This document shows, piece after piece, positions 10,137 through 20,054 of a stretch of 64,000 bases of DNA; within the stretch, counting starts at the first letter, position 1; each line of letters starts with the position of its first letter. This DNA is from Bacillota bacterium. Lineage in GTDB: Bacteria; Bacillota; Sulfobacillia; Fermentithermobacillales; Fermentithermobacillaceae. A program made the position numbers and the translations under genes. The stretch covers positions 9,348 to 73,347 of the forward strand of contig JAPXLN010000007.1 in assembly GCA_033809515.1 (NCBI GenBank), written 5' to 3'. The notes below the pieces were generated by a model. It searched no databases, was not told the origin of the DNA, and was given only the letters and a program-made list of their open reading frames with translations.

Positions 10137-11861
10137 ATGACCATTCGAAAACATCGTGGATTTCTTAGAAACGTAAGCTTGGCGCTATTGCTCGCTGTTT
10201 TACTTATGCTCAACCCGTTTGGATCCCAGCTAAGCGCACAAGCGCAAGGCTCCGTCGAAGTGGTTGATCCTGCACAGGCAATAAAGGAAGGTACCCAAGT
10301 TAAGATTCCCCTGACGATACAACCGATAACTGCTTTTGAACGCGGTACCATCCAGGCCGTCCTGTACTTTGTGAAACTCGACGGCACCATTGAAGAACGA
10401 ACAAAGACTTTTGAGTTCGTTTATGCGGACGTGTATATGACTCCTTACGTCTATAACGTTGTTTACACGTTGCCTGTGGGTTTTGGGGAGTACGGAGTCG
10501 CGCTCCAGAGCGGAAAAGCGACAGCTGTCGGGACTGCAGTTTACCTTGCGGCCTACATAAAGGAAACTCCCGCGGAGCCGTCAGAACCACCGGTAACGCC
10601 TGTGATTCCGGGGCCGGCACCTGTAACCGGGACTGAGACAGGGTGGCAGTCATATGACTTTGAGAATGACAGGGCCAACTGCTATGTGGTCCCTGATAAG
10701 GTTCAAGCTGCATATGAAGCGGCGCCTGAAAGCGGCGCAGTCATCATGAGATTGTTGCCCGTGCCCGGGACGACCGTCTTCCCCAGCAAGGCGGTTGCCA
10801 ACATACCCCTGGCTGTGTTAGAAATGGGAGGGTTTGCACCGGTACCGTCCGTTCTGGAATTGGGGTCTTGTGATCTGTTAGTTTCACCTCAGGTTATGAG
10901 CGCTCTGGCTGCTCGGGTAACAGCGGATGCCGGTCCTCTGGGCACCCTCCAAATTCGCGTACATGCTTCTATGGACCAGGAGGCCATGGACCTGCTGGGT
11001 TCCATGCCCGAAGAGGATCTTCAGCGTATGACGCTGGCGTCGGATGTTATATCCGTGAGCTTCGTTGCCGTGGATCCAGCCGGTAAGGAGTCTTCCATAA
11101 GGGTGGATGAGGCTGCTTTGTTTTTGCGTTTTGATCCGGACAAGGTTGGAAACCCGGAGCATGTGAACCTGTACAAGCTCGGTTCCGTTATCTTTGTCAG
11201 TGGCAAGGTAGTGGGAGACAAGGTGGTCGCCACTATTCCTGAGTTTGTGAGCGGGAGGTTCATAGCTCTTGAGCACTCCAGGGCTTTTGACGACGTCGTC
11301 GAGGGTTACTGGGGCAAGAAAGACATAGAACTCATGGCGTCCAAGTACGTGATCAAGGGCATGACAAAGACGTCCTTTGAGCCGGAGACTCCGATTACGC
11401 GTGCAGAGTTTGTGACTATGGTGGTTAGGAGCCTGGGGTTGGGTGAACAGAAGCCCGAGAAGCCCACGTTCAGCGATGTGCGTGTCTCCGATTGGCACTA
11501 TGGCTACGTTGAAGCTGCGTACAAAGCAGGGCTTGCCAAGGGTGACGAAGGCAAGGGCGGACGGTTTAGGCCTGACGATACCATATCGCGGGAGGAAATG
11601 GCTGCTCTTATGATAAGGGCTATGCAGGTCTTCGGTAAGGCTGCAAGGGAACTCAGCCAAGAGGAGGTTGCCCGGATTCTGGAGAGTTTCGATGACGGCG
11701 CTGATATCAGCCAATGGGCAAGACATGAGGCTGCTCAGGCTGTCAGTCAGGAGCTGATCAAAGGCCGTGGCGCAGGAACCTTCGCGCCCCGGGCTACCGG
11801 AAAAAGAGCTGAGGCCGCCACTTTGATGAGCCGTTGGATGAAGCATGTTGGAATTCTGTAG
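10137..11861 (+). CDS. S-layer homology (SLH) domain surface protein
   Basis: Signal peptide ending AQA; Pro-rich linker; three C-terminal SLH repeats (FEPETPITRAEF, FRPDDTISREEM, FAPRATGKRAEA). Confidence 0.9.
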   Translation: MTIRKHRGFLRNVSLALLLAVLLMLNPFGSQLSAQAQGSVEVVDPAQAIKEGTQVKIPLTIQPITAFERGTIQAVLYFVKLDGTIEERTKTFEFVYADVYMTPYVYNVVYTLPVGFGEYGVALQSGKATAVGTAVYLAAYIKETPAEPSEPPVTPVIPGPAPVTGTETGWQSYDFENDRANCYVVPDKVQAAYEAAPESGAVIMRLLPVPGTTVFPSKAVANIPLAVLEMGGFAPVPSVLELGSCDLLVSPQVMSALAARVTADAGPLGTLQIRVHASMDQEAMDLLGSMPEEDLQRMTLASDVISVSFVAVDPAGKESSIRVDEAALFLRFDPDKVGNPEHVNLYKLGSVIFVSGKVVGDKVVATIPEFVSGRFIALEHSRAFDDVVEGYWGKKDIELMASKYVIKGMTKTSFEPETPITRAEFVTMVVRSLGLGEQKPEKPTFSDVRVSDWHYGYVEAAYKAGLAKGDEGKGGRFRPDDTISREEMAALMIRAMQVFGKAARELSQEEVARILESFDDGADISQWARHEAAQAVSQELIKGRGAGTFAPRATGKRAEAATLMSRWMKHVGIL

Positions 11862-11872
11862 GTAGAATGACT

Positions 11873-11903
11873 TTCGGGGGGGATGTTGCTCATCCCTCCC
11901 GAA
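11873..11903 (+). terminator. Strong hairpin after the S-layer gene, with no U-tract
   Basis: 13-bp stem TTCGGGGGGGATG / CATCCCTCCCGAA. Confidence 0.6.
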
Positions 11904-11976
11904 TGGTTGGTGCTCACAGGCAGCATTGCCTTAATCGGGCCATAACTAAGGTCCAAATGAACCTGGAGGTTATGGA

Positions 11977-14361
11977 TTGGTTGACTTGGCATCTTCCGGG
12001 AAGTCTCGGTCTGGCAGACAGTCATGTGCAGCCATTTTTCCTAATTTCAGACTCAGACACGTTATCTATCCCGGACTGATACTCCTGGTGTTTCTCGCCC
12101 CGTTGTTGCGAGGGCTCTTTTTTCAGACGGACGCTCTTCCTTACCAGATAGCTGCAGGCCTAGCTCTCTTTGTCGGCGCTTGTGACGTGTTAATGCAAGG
12201 GGAGTTGGCCATTGAAGGAGCTCTGCCACATGGGTTCCTGTGGATGGTTGCTGCTTACGGTATATCCTGTTTTGGGGCTGCGTCTGTTTCCGGCGCCATA
12301 AGGGGTTTTCTGCGACAGATTCTCTATTTCGCCATCTTTTGGTTGTCGTGGTATGTTTCCCGCAGCAAGAGGGTACGGAAGGCAGTGCTGGTCACAGTAG
12401 TCCTCAGCGGTTCAGTCGTTGCGGCTATTGGGATTATTGCCGCCACCGGCATTCAGGTCTTCCCGGGGGCAGTGCTCGGCGGCAGAATCATGTCTACGCT
12501 CCAGTATCCTAATGCCCTGGCAGCTTACATGATGCTCACATCGGTATTAGGGCTTACTCTACTTGTCCTTGAGGAAAGACCGCTGCTGAGGGTATCATAT
12601 GCAGTATCAGTGTTCGGACAGCTTCTGGTGTTTCTGGCGTCGTATTCCCGGGGAGGGTGGGTGATTTATCCCCTGGCCCTTTGTGCCATGATGGTTGGAT
12701 TGCCCCGGGAGCACAAACTGAAATTCCTTTTTTCTGTGTGTACCGCATTGACTTCCGTACTCCTGATCGTAGGGCAGTTCTCATTAGCTGCAGGCGGAGA
12801 CGAATGGCGCACCGCACTGAAATGGGTTGTACTCGGCGCAGTCATATCTTTAGCAGCAGAAATAGCTTATTGCATGTACAAGAAGGTCTACCGGAGCGTG
12901 ATATCGACGTCAGTCCGTAAGGCGCTGACATGGGCGGTGCTTAGCTACGGAATCATCACGTTCTTAACCTACTCCGCAATACTCATCTCCCAATATGGGA
13001 CAAAGGTGGCCGACTTGCTGCCTCCTGCAGTCATCCGGCGATTCTCCACTATTAGCTTTGAGGACAGGAGTTTCCTGGCTCGCACCCTTGCTACGCGCGA
13101 TGCTTTGGCCGTTTTTACCAGGCGTCCGCTTTTCGGAGGCGGCGCCGGTGCTTGGAACGCCTGGTACCATCAGTTTCAGTCGGTCCTGTACTGGACGACG
13201 GAGGTTCACAATCATTTTGCCCAAGTGCTTGTTGAGACCGGCCTTTTTGGCTTCTGCGGTTACATGTATCTGTGGGGCGCTTTGGTGTACCGGGTCTTTC
13301 GCTTCTTGCGCAAGGAGACCTCCTGCGCTGAAAAAGCTCTGGCGTGGGGCCTCTTGGTATCCTGTGTGACCATGGGAGCTCACAGCTCAGTGGACTTCGA
13401 GCTTTCGCTGCCCGGTATTGCCTGCCAGTTATGGGCGGTTTTTGGCGTAACGTGGGCCACCGTGGGCGGGGACCGGACTAAGGCTTCCTCGGGCAAAGGC
13501 ATATCCGGAATGCGGAGGCGTTTTGGCGTTGCATCTGCATGTTTGGTCGCAGGTCTTGCGCTTTGTCTTATCATCCCTTCGTACAGTTTGCACAAAGCAG
13601 CCTGGTATGGCAGACTTGGTGCAATGGCCCTTGTGCGTGATGACTACTATCTTGCCACTGAGCTCTATGGCAGAGCCAGAAAGTATGACAGATTTACTTC
13701 TACTTACGCCTTTGATATGGGACAGGCATACGCAGCTCAGGCAGTCCTTGGCGGGGGTCCGGGTCTCAAGGAGAAGGCCTTGTCCCAACTGGAAATAGCT
13801 CGTTCGCTGGGTCCCTGCAACATAACCCAAGGCATTAGGGAAGTTGAGGTTCTTATAGCTCTCGGAGAAGCTCGAAGAGCCTGGGAAGCTTCTTGCAGCC
13901 TTGTACGGCTGTTACCGCTGGACATAGGAACTTGGGAGACGTTAGCCCGGACCGGTGTGGTCTACAGCTTATCGAGTATGAAGAAAGGGACTGCAGAGGG
14001 TAACGAGGAAGTAGACCTCGACAATGTCGTGGCGTGTCTTGTCGAAATGACAAAGATTCCGGAAGAACTGTCGAAAATCAAAGACAGGGTCAGCGGCGTA
14101 GATAATCACAGGTGGGGCCCTGAGCGCCTTGACCTTACCCCGGGGCTGAAGAAATACATAGGGCAAGCTCACTATCTGCTGGGCGAGCTCGACAAGGCAG
14201 TTTTCCATCTAACCGAGGCAGCTAACGACCGGTTTCACCGTGACGAAAGTTCGGCTTGGCTGCTGGCGTCCCAGATACTGACAGGGGAGAAACAGCCTGC
14301 CCCGGCCCTTGACGAGCAGGTTCAGCGAATTCTTACATATTACAAGCTTGTCGACAGATGA
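11977..14361 (+). CDS. O-antigen ligase (WaaL/Wzy_C)-like membrane protein with a C-terminal TPR-like region; possible oligosaccharyltransferase
   Basis: Many TM segments; STLQYPNALAAY, SYSRGGW, PLFGGGAGAW and VHNHFAQVLVETG motifs. Confidence 0.85.
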   Translation: MVDLASSGKSRSGRQSCAAIFPNFRLRHVIYPGLILLVFLAPLLRGLFFQTDALPYQIAAGLALFVGACDVLMQGELAIEGALPHGFLWMVAAYGISCFGAASVSGAIRGFLRQILYFAIFWLSWYVSRSKRVRKAVLVTVVLSGSVVAAIGIIAATGIQVFPGAVLGGRIMSTLQYPNALAAYMMLTSVLGLTLLVLEERPLLRVSYAVSVFGQLLVFLASYSRGGWVIYPLALCAMMVGLPREHKLKFLFSVCTALTSVLLIVGQFSLAAGGDEWRTALKWVVLGAVISLAAEIAYCMYKKVYRSVISTSVRKALTWAVLSYGIITFLTYSAILISQYGTKVADLLPPAVIRRFSTISFEDRSFLARTLATRDALAVFTRRPLFGGGAGAWNAWYHQFQSVLYWTTEVHNHFAQVLVETGLFGFCGYMYLWGALVYRVFRFLRKETSCAEKALAWGLLVSCVTMGAHSSVDFELSLPGIACQLWAVFGVTWATVGGDRTKASSGKGISGMRRRFGVASACLVAGLALCLIIPSYSLHKAAWYGRLGAMALVRDDYYLATELYGRARKYDRFTSTYAFDMGQAYAAQAVLGGGPGLKEKALSQLEIARSLGPCNITQGIREVEVLIALGEARRAWEASCSLVRLLPLDIGTWETLARTGVVYSLSSMKKGTAEGNEEVDLDNVVACLVEMTKIPEELSKIKDRVSGVDNHRWGPERLDLTPGLKKYIGQAHYLLGELDKAVFHLTEAANDRFHRDESSAWLLASQILTGEKQPAPALDEQVQRILTYYKLVDR

Positions 14362-14411
14362 TCTCGGCCTAAGAGTGCGTTCGGCAAGCTAACCAGTGGA
14401 GGGTCGAGGAA

Positions 14412-15674
14412 TTGGAGCCTGAAGATATCGATCTCAGACACTATTTGGAGATACTCTGGAAGTGGAAATGGGTAATTGCGCTGCTTACAGGGATTGCCCT
14501 GCTTACCAGCGCTGTCTTTAGCTTCTTCGTAATGCCGGCTGTCTACGAGACTAAGGTCACTCTGATGGTGAGCAACGCAGCCCAGAACCAGCAGTCCATC
14601 CGCCCTTCGGATACGTCTGTGGTGGACACCGTTTCGCGAATCCCGTCTATGACGTTGAACACATACTTGAGCCAGATTACCAGCCCTTACTTTCTCCGAA
14701 GGGTCATAGACAAAATGGGCCTGAAAGATATGACTCCAGCGGCTCTTGCCGCACAGGTTAATCCGCAGGCCATAAAAGACACCAATCTCATAGAGGTTCG
14801 TCTGGAGAACACCGATAGGGTTTTGTCAGCTTCCATTGCCAATACCATCGCATCTGAATTTGTCCAGTTTGTCTCAGAGACCAACCAAGAACGAATGACC
14901 AAATCCCTTGCTTTTCTTTCCGAGCAAAGAGACCTCCTTAAGGAAGAACAAGCTGTGGCCTATGAGACCCTGGCTGCCGTACAGGCCAGGCCTAACAGCG
15001 TGACGGTCCTTACCCGGGAGATAGCTGCTTACAGCCAGTCCCTTGCCAGGTTCAGAGAGCAGCTGGTCAGTGAGCAAGTAGAGCGAAGCACCCTTGAAGC
15101 AGCTCTTGTGCAGATTGAGAAGACTCTGGCTGCGATTCCGCCGGTGCTGCCTGCAGCTCCCGGTGAGCATGCATCTTCCGTTTCCAATCCTGAATACGAG
15201 GAAATGCTCAAACGGAAACAGGAGAAAGATCTCCTGGCGGCCCAGTCGGTTGCCCGGATTGAGGGCCTCAAGAAGGAGGTTTCTGCGCTGGAGAGTTCCT
15301 TGTCAGGTATGGAAGCACAACTCAATGAGGTCAGGAACGAGGAAGAGCGGGCCCGGTCTCACCTTTCGAGGATTGAAACTACCTTGAGTCTCCTTGACAC
15401 AAAAATGGTGGAGGCTCAAATGGCGCAGTCTTTGAATCTCGGAGAAACGACCATAGCTGTAGTTTCACCTGCATTGGAGCCTTCATCTCCCATAAAGCCG
15501 CGCAGAATGCTGAACATGGCCGTTGCGGCTGTCCTTGGAGGATTCCTGTCGGTGCTCTTGGTCTTCATCCTTGAGTACCTGGACAATACCATAAAGACAC
15601 GTGAAGACGTGGCTCGGCACCTTAACCTGGGTACCCTGGGGGCCATACCGGTCTTCGACGATACGGACAGGTAA
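14412..15674 (+). CDS. Polysaccharide co-polymerase / chain-length regulator (Wzz/GumC-like)
   Basis: IDLRHYLEILWKWKW N-terminus, long coiled coil, PSSPIKPRR and a C-terminal TM followed by YLDNTIKT. Confidence 0.9.
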   Translation: MEPEDIDLRHYLEILWKWKWVIALLTGIALLTSAVFSFFVMPAVYETKVTLMVSNAAQNQQSIRPSDTSVVDTVSRIPSMTLNTYLSQITSPYFLRRVIDKMGLKDMTPAALAAQVNPQAIKDTNLIEVRLENTDRVLSASIANTIASEFVQFVSETNQERMTKSLAFLSEQRDLLKEEQAVAYETLAAVQARPNSVTVLTREIAAYSQSLARFREQLVSEQVERSTLEAALVQIEKTLAAIPPVLPAAPGEHASSVSNPEYEEMLKRKQEKDLLAAQSVARIEGLKKEVSALESSLSGMEAQLNEVRNEEERARSHLSRIETTLSLLDTKMVEAQMAQSLNLGETTIAVVSPALEPSSPIKPRRMLNMAVAAVLGGFLSVLLVFILEYLDNTIKTREDVARHLNLGTLGAIPVFDDTDR

Positions 15675-15709
15675 GCAACAGGTACAGCACGGGAACGGAC
15701 AGACCGGAG

Positions 15710-16393
15710 GTGTTCAATGTGTCTAAATACGCTAATCCTAAGTCAGCAGTCGCTGAAGCGTTTCGGACTGTACGTACCAGTCTGAACTACGCTGCGGATA
15801 GGAGAACAACCAGAGTCTTGCTGGTGACCAGTCCTGGTCCTGATGATGGCAAGACCCTGGTCGCCGTCAATATTGCAGCTTCCTATGCACAGTCCGGAGA
15901 GAGTGTTCTTCTGGTGGACGGTGATCTTAGAAAACCCGCATGTCACCGGGAGCTTGCTCTGAGCAACCGGTCAGGGTTGACCAATGTTCTGGTGGATTCG
16001 GTAGCTCTTTCCGACGTAGTCCAGGATACTTCCGAACAAGGGTTGCATGTGCTCACCAGCGGTCCTACTCCGCCTAACCCGGCTGAGCTGCTGGACTCAG
16101 CGGCAATGGGCAGGTTGCTGGACACAGCTCGGAAAGAATACGACCATGTGGTGGTAGACTCCCCTCCAACTCTGGTTGTAGCTGATGCGTCCATCCTTGC
16201 CTCTAAGGTAGACGGGATTATCCTGGTCTTGGTCTCGGGAGCAACCCGCATAGACATGGCGCAGGAAACAAAGAACACGCTGGAGAGCGCAAGAGGCAGG
16301 ATTCTGGGTGTAGTTCTGAACAAGGTCAAGTATGAAAGCAGGTCTTACAGGTACCGTTACTATCATTACGGCGAATCCGGCGAAACTGAGTGA
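15710..16393 (+). CDS. BY-kinase (CpsD/CapB) protein-tyrosine kinase
   Basis: AEAFRTVRT, Walker A SPGPDDGKT, LLVDGDLR, VVVDSPP and a C-terminal Tyr cluster YESRSYRYRYYHY. Confidence 0.93.
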   Translation: MFNVSKYANPKSAVAEAFRTVRTSLNYAADRRTTRVLLVTSPGPDDGKTLVAVNIAASYAQSGESVLLVDGDLRKPACHRELALSNRSGLTNVLVDSVALSDVVQDTSEQGLHVLTSGPTPPNPAELLDSAAMGRLLDTARKEYDHVVVDSPPTLVVADASILASKVDGIILVLVSGATRIDMAQETKNTLESARGRILGVVLNKVKYESRSYRYRYYHYGESGETE

Positions 16394-17145
16394 TTGCACG
16401 AAAGAGTCTGATAGGGTACAGTGACATCCACTGTCATATACTTCCGTTCCTAGACGATGGCGCCAGGTCCTGGGAGGAGGCAGTTGAGATGGCCAGGATC
16501 TCCAAGGAAAGCGGGGCCGAACGCATATTTGCAACCCCGCACTACATTGGAGAGACCTGCATGCCTGATGCCGCAAAGATCCGTCAAACGGTAGCAGAGT
16601 TTCGCCGGCACCTTCAGGCAGCAAAAGTGGATCTGGAGATCCTTCCCGGTTGCGAAGTCCATATCTCTCCGTCTCTTGCCGGGGATTTTGCAGCCGGCAG
16701 GATCCAGTCGTTGGGGATGAGTCGCTTTGTCCTGGTTGAACTGCCGTTTTTGGGGCTTCCTGAGGGCACAGTGGACATTCTTTTTGAGCTAAGGCTTGAG
16801 GGCGCCGGCGTGATCATCGCTCACCCTGAAAGGAATGCAGATCTCCGGCGAGACTTGAGGTTGTGCCTGGAGCTTGCGGAATCAGGAATCTATCTCCAGC
16901 TGAACTTAGGAAGTCTTCTTGGGGTCTACGGCAGGGATGCGCGTTTATTCGCCGAGAAGATGGTTCGCTATGACCTGGTTCACTTTATCGGAACAGATGG
17001 ACACAGGGGTGCACCTGGTTCTGCTCGAGGGTGTGACGCACGTCAGGGGCTGACCAGGTTGGTGAAGTTGTCGGGGAAAAAGAGCAGGATTTTACAGACC
17101 ATTGAGGAACGAGTGGATTCTTTGATTATAGAAGGTTCGGCTTAA
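16390..17145 (+). CDS. PHP-family protein-tyrosine phosphatase (CpsB/CapC)
   Basis: DIHCHILP, DDGA, ATPH, PGCEV, AHPERN and GTDGH motifs. Confidence 0.93.
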   Translation: MIARKSLIGYSDIHCHILPFLDDGARSWEEAVEMARISKESGAERIFATPHYIGETCMPDAAKIRQTVAEFRRHLQAAKVDLEILPGCEVHISPSLAGDFAAGRIQSLGMSRFVLVELPFLGLPEGTVDILFELRLEGAGVIIAHPERNADLRRDLRLCLELAESGIYLQLNLGSLLGVYGRDARLFAEKMVRYDLVHFIGTDGHRGAPGSARGCDARQGLTRLVKLSGKKSRILQTIEERVDSLIIEGSA

Positions 17146-17191
17146 CGTCTTCCTGCGCCGTTACGATTATTAACGGCGAGGGGGGATTGTC

Positions 17192-17707
17192 TTGGAGTCA
17201 GGCGACAGAGTTTCTGCAGGTGGCAGGCAGCCCGGAAGAGAAAGACAAATAGTTGTGTTCTCGCTCAACAGTGAAGACTACGGAGTTGACATAGAGAAGA
17301 TCAGGGAAATCATCCCTATGCAGACCATAGTTTCGGTCCCCCGCGCTCCTCAGTTTGTTGAGGGTATCATCAATCTACGCGGCAGAGTCATCCCTGTTCT
17401 TGACCTCCGGAGGCATTTCGGGTTTGAGAAAAAGCCTCCAGGGCCTGCGCAGCGCATTGTCATTGTCGAGGCTGACCAGGAATGCACGGGTGTAGTGGTG
17501 GATTCCGTCTCTTCGGTCATTCAGGTACCCCGGGAAGCTATCGAAGATCCGTCTGAGGTCATCATTGGTTCTGATGTTGGGTACATCCAGGGAGTCGCTA
17601 AGGTTGACAATGACCTTATTGTGCTTCTTGACTTAGCTGCAATAATAACAGAGGCCCAGAAGAAAACCCTCAAAGAAGCAGACGTTGCATCTGCCGTGGT
17701 ACGGTGA
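17192..17707 (+). CDS. cheW: Chemotaxis coupling protein CheW
   Basis: VPRAPQFVEGIINLRGRVIPVLDL and GVVVDSV. Confidence 0.95.
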   Translation: MESGDRVSAGGRQPGRERQIVVFSLNSEDYGVDIEKIREIIPMQTIVSVPRAPQFVEGIINLRGRVIPVLDLRRHFGFEKKPPGPAQRIVIVEADQECTGVVVDSVSSVIQVPREAIEDPSEVIIGSDVGYIQGVAKVDNDLIVLLDLAAIITEAQKKTLKEADVASAVVR

Positions 17708-17713
17708 GAGGTC

Positions 17714-19633
17714 ATGGACTACACTGCCTGCTCCGGTCTTGATCCGGACGATCTGAAGGTTTTCCTTGTTGAGGTCAGTGAACTCCTTGATTGTGTAGAG
17801 GAGAATCTGGTGGCCCTGGAAAGGTCGCCTGCAGATGATGCTCTGATAAGTGAGCTCTTCAGAGCTATGCACACAATCAAAGGCAATGCAGCTACTCTCG
17901 GGCTTGAGGACGCCGTGAAAGTAACTCATATGATGGAAAGCGTTCTAGACGAAATCAGATCCGGAGCTCGTAAAGTTACGCCAGAGATAGTAGATACCAT
18001 GTTTGCTGCCTTGGATTGGTTAGGGGAGTGGAAAAACGCCCTTGCATCAGGTGGCCATGGGCCGTTCGTCTCAGGGCATGCTGTACACCAGCTCCAAAAT
18101 GCGAGCCAGGCTGAAGAAGGCAGCCTTCCCGACTTCCTGAGTCAGGCCATAAGCCCGTCGCAGGGCGACGGCATTAGCATGCATGTTATGACCGTGAGGT
18201 TTCGGTCCGATGCTCCGCTCTTGTCTGCCAGGTGCTTCCAGGCAATTGCCCTGATAGGAGAGGTAGTTGATGTCTTGGGTTCAGCTCCCTCGGTTGACGA
18301 AATCGAATTTGGCCGGGTTCATGATACGCTGGAAATCTACGTCAATGCAGGTGAGGATCTCGTCGAAGCAGCTGAAGTAGCCAGAACCGTTCAGGACGTG
18401 ACCGGAGTTTCCATTGAGAGGTACTTGCCAATGGCCTGCGACTCAGGAAAGAGAAGTCGCTCTGCTTTGGGCAGGACCGTCCGGGTGGATGTGAGCCTTC
18501 TGGACTTTCTAATGGACATGGTGGGTGAGCTTGTCATAGATAGGACGCGGTTGACCCAAATAGCTTCCGGGCTTCTCGCGAATGGAGATACATTAGGTCT
18601 CGGCAGCGAGATACGCTCTCTTGCAGCGCATCTTCAGAGGACATCTGCGGAATTGCAGGAAGGGATAATGCAGGCAAGGCTCTTGCCCCTCAGAAGCATT
18701 TTCTCGAAGTTTCCCAGGATGATGAGGGACCTGGCTCAAAAATGCGGCAAGGAGATCCGCTTCGAAGTGACCGGAGAGACTACGGAGCTGGACAGAACTG
18801 TACTAGAGGCCATAGATGACCCGCTTATTCACATTCTCAGAAATGCCGTTGACCATGGCATTGAACACCCTGATGAGCGGGTGGCTAAAGGCAAGGCCAG
18901 GTCCGGGAAGGTGATTCTCTCGGCCTGGCACGAGGAAAACCAGGCAGTCATCATGGTTTCTGATGACGGTGCAGGGCTTGACCCCGAAAGACTCAGGCGG
19001 GCCGCAGTTGCCAGAGGTTTTCTTACCGGGGAGGCTGCCTCCAATCTCTCTCACCAGGAGGTTCTGAACTTGCTGTTTGCTCCGGGGTTCTCAACGGCTC
19101 CGGCAGCTTCGGATGTATCAGGCAGGGGTGTAGGTTTGGACGTGGTTCGTGCCAACCTGGAAAGCGTCAATGGCAAGATTGAGATTTCAGGGAAGCCGGG
19201 CCTGGGCACTGAAGTGAAACTAAGACTACCGTTGACCCTTGCGATCATGCGGGCCCTTTTTGTTCGCTGCAGCCAATCGGTGTACGCTGTGCCTACTTCA
19301 TCAGTGGAGGAAGTGTTCTCCCTGAGGGATTTTGCCGTGCACACCATCAAAGGCAAGCCGGCAGTGAATTTTAGGGGTCGGGTTATACCTCTTATCTCCC
19401 TGGAAGGCGCCTTGTACGGGTCAATTCGGGACATGTCTGAGCACAGGTATGCTCTTCTTACAACCACCGCTAACCGATCTTTGGCCATAGGGGTTGATGA
19501 ATTGGTAGGCGAAGAAGAGATCGTTGTAAAAAGCATGGGAAGTCTGTTGTCTAGGATCAAGGGAGTCTCCGGAGCGACCATACTTGCTCAAGGAGATCCT
19601 GCAGTTATCCTTGACGTGCAAAGGCTCATCTAA
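17714..19633 (+). CDS. cheA: Chemotaxis histidine kinase CheA
   Basis: Hpt FRAMHTIKG, P2 region, HILRNAVDHGIE, DDGAG, GFST, SGRGVGLDVV and a C-terminal CheW-like domain. Confidence 0.96.
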   Translation: MDYTACSGLDPDDLKVFLVEVSELLDCVEENLVALERSPADDALISELFRAMHTIKGNAATLGLEDAVKVTHMMESVLDEIRSGARKVTPEIVDTMFAALDWLGEWKNALASGGHGPFVSGHAVHQLQNASQAEEGSLPDFLSQAISPSQGDGISMHVMTVRFRSDAPLLSARCFQAIALIGEVVDVLGSAPSVDEIEFGRVHDTLEIYVNAGEDLVEAAEVARTVQDVTGVSIERYLPMACDSGKRSRSALGRTVRVDVSLLDFLMDMVGELVIDRTRLTQIASGLLANGDTLGLGSEIRSLAAHLQRTSAELQEGIMQARLLPLRSIFSKFPRMMRDLAQKCGKEIRFEVTGETTELDRTVLEAIDDPLIHILRNAVDHGIEHPDERVAKGKARSGKVILSAWHEENQAVIMVSDDGAGLDPERLRRAAVARGFLTGEAASNLSHQEVLNLLFAPGFSTAPAASDVSGRGVGLDVVRANLESVNGKIEISGKPGLGTEVKLRLPLTLAIMRALFVRCSQSVYAVPTSSVEEVFSLRDFAVHTIKGKPAVNFRGRVIPLISLEGALYGSIRDMSEHRYALLTTTANRSLAIGVDELVGEEEIVVKSMGSLLSRIKGVSGATILAQGDPAVILDVQRLI

Positions 19634-19694
19634 GCAACCGGCACACCTGAAGCACAGGAGACAAAGCACGTCAAGCATACGAGGAGTGGTAGCA

Positions 19695-20054
19695 TTGCCC
19701 AAAGTGTTGGTCGTGGATGATGCCCTATTCATGCGGACCAAGTCGTCCAGGCTTCTCAATGAGGCAGGCTATGAAGTAGTGGAAGCCTCAAACGGGGCTG
19801 AGGCGGTTGATAAGTACTCCCTCGAAGAACCTGATGTAGTTCTCATGGACGTCACCATGCCCCTTATGAGCGGCATAGAAGCTCTTAAGGCCATTAAGGG
19901 GCTGGATCCGGACGCCCGAGTCATCATGGTTACAGCTTTGGGGCAAAGAAACATGGTCCTCGAGTCTATAAGAGCAGGTGCCCGGGATTTCGTAGTAAAG
20001 CCCTATCAGCCTGAGCAGCTTTTGGAAGCGGTCAAAAAGCAATGCAGGGCATAG
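19695..20054 (+). CDS. cheY: Response regulator CheY
   Basis: VVDD, LMDVTMP, MVTA and FVVKP; TTG start after SD GAGGAG. Confidence 0.92.
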   Translation: MPKVLVVDDALFMRTKSSRLLNEAGYEVVEASNGAEAVDKYSLEEPDVVLMDVTMPLMSGIEALKAIKGLDPDARVIMVTALGQRNMVLESIRAGARDFVVKPYQPEQLLEAVKKQCRA

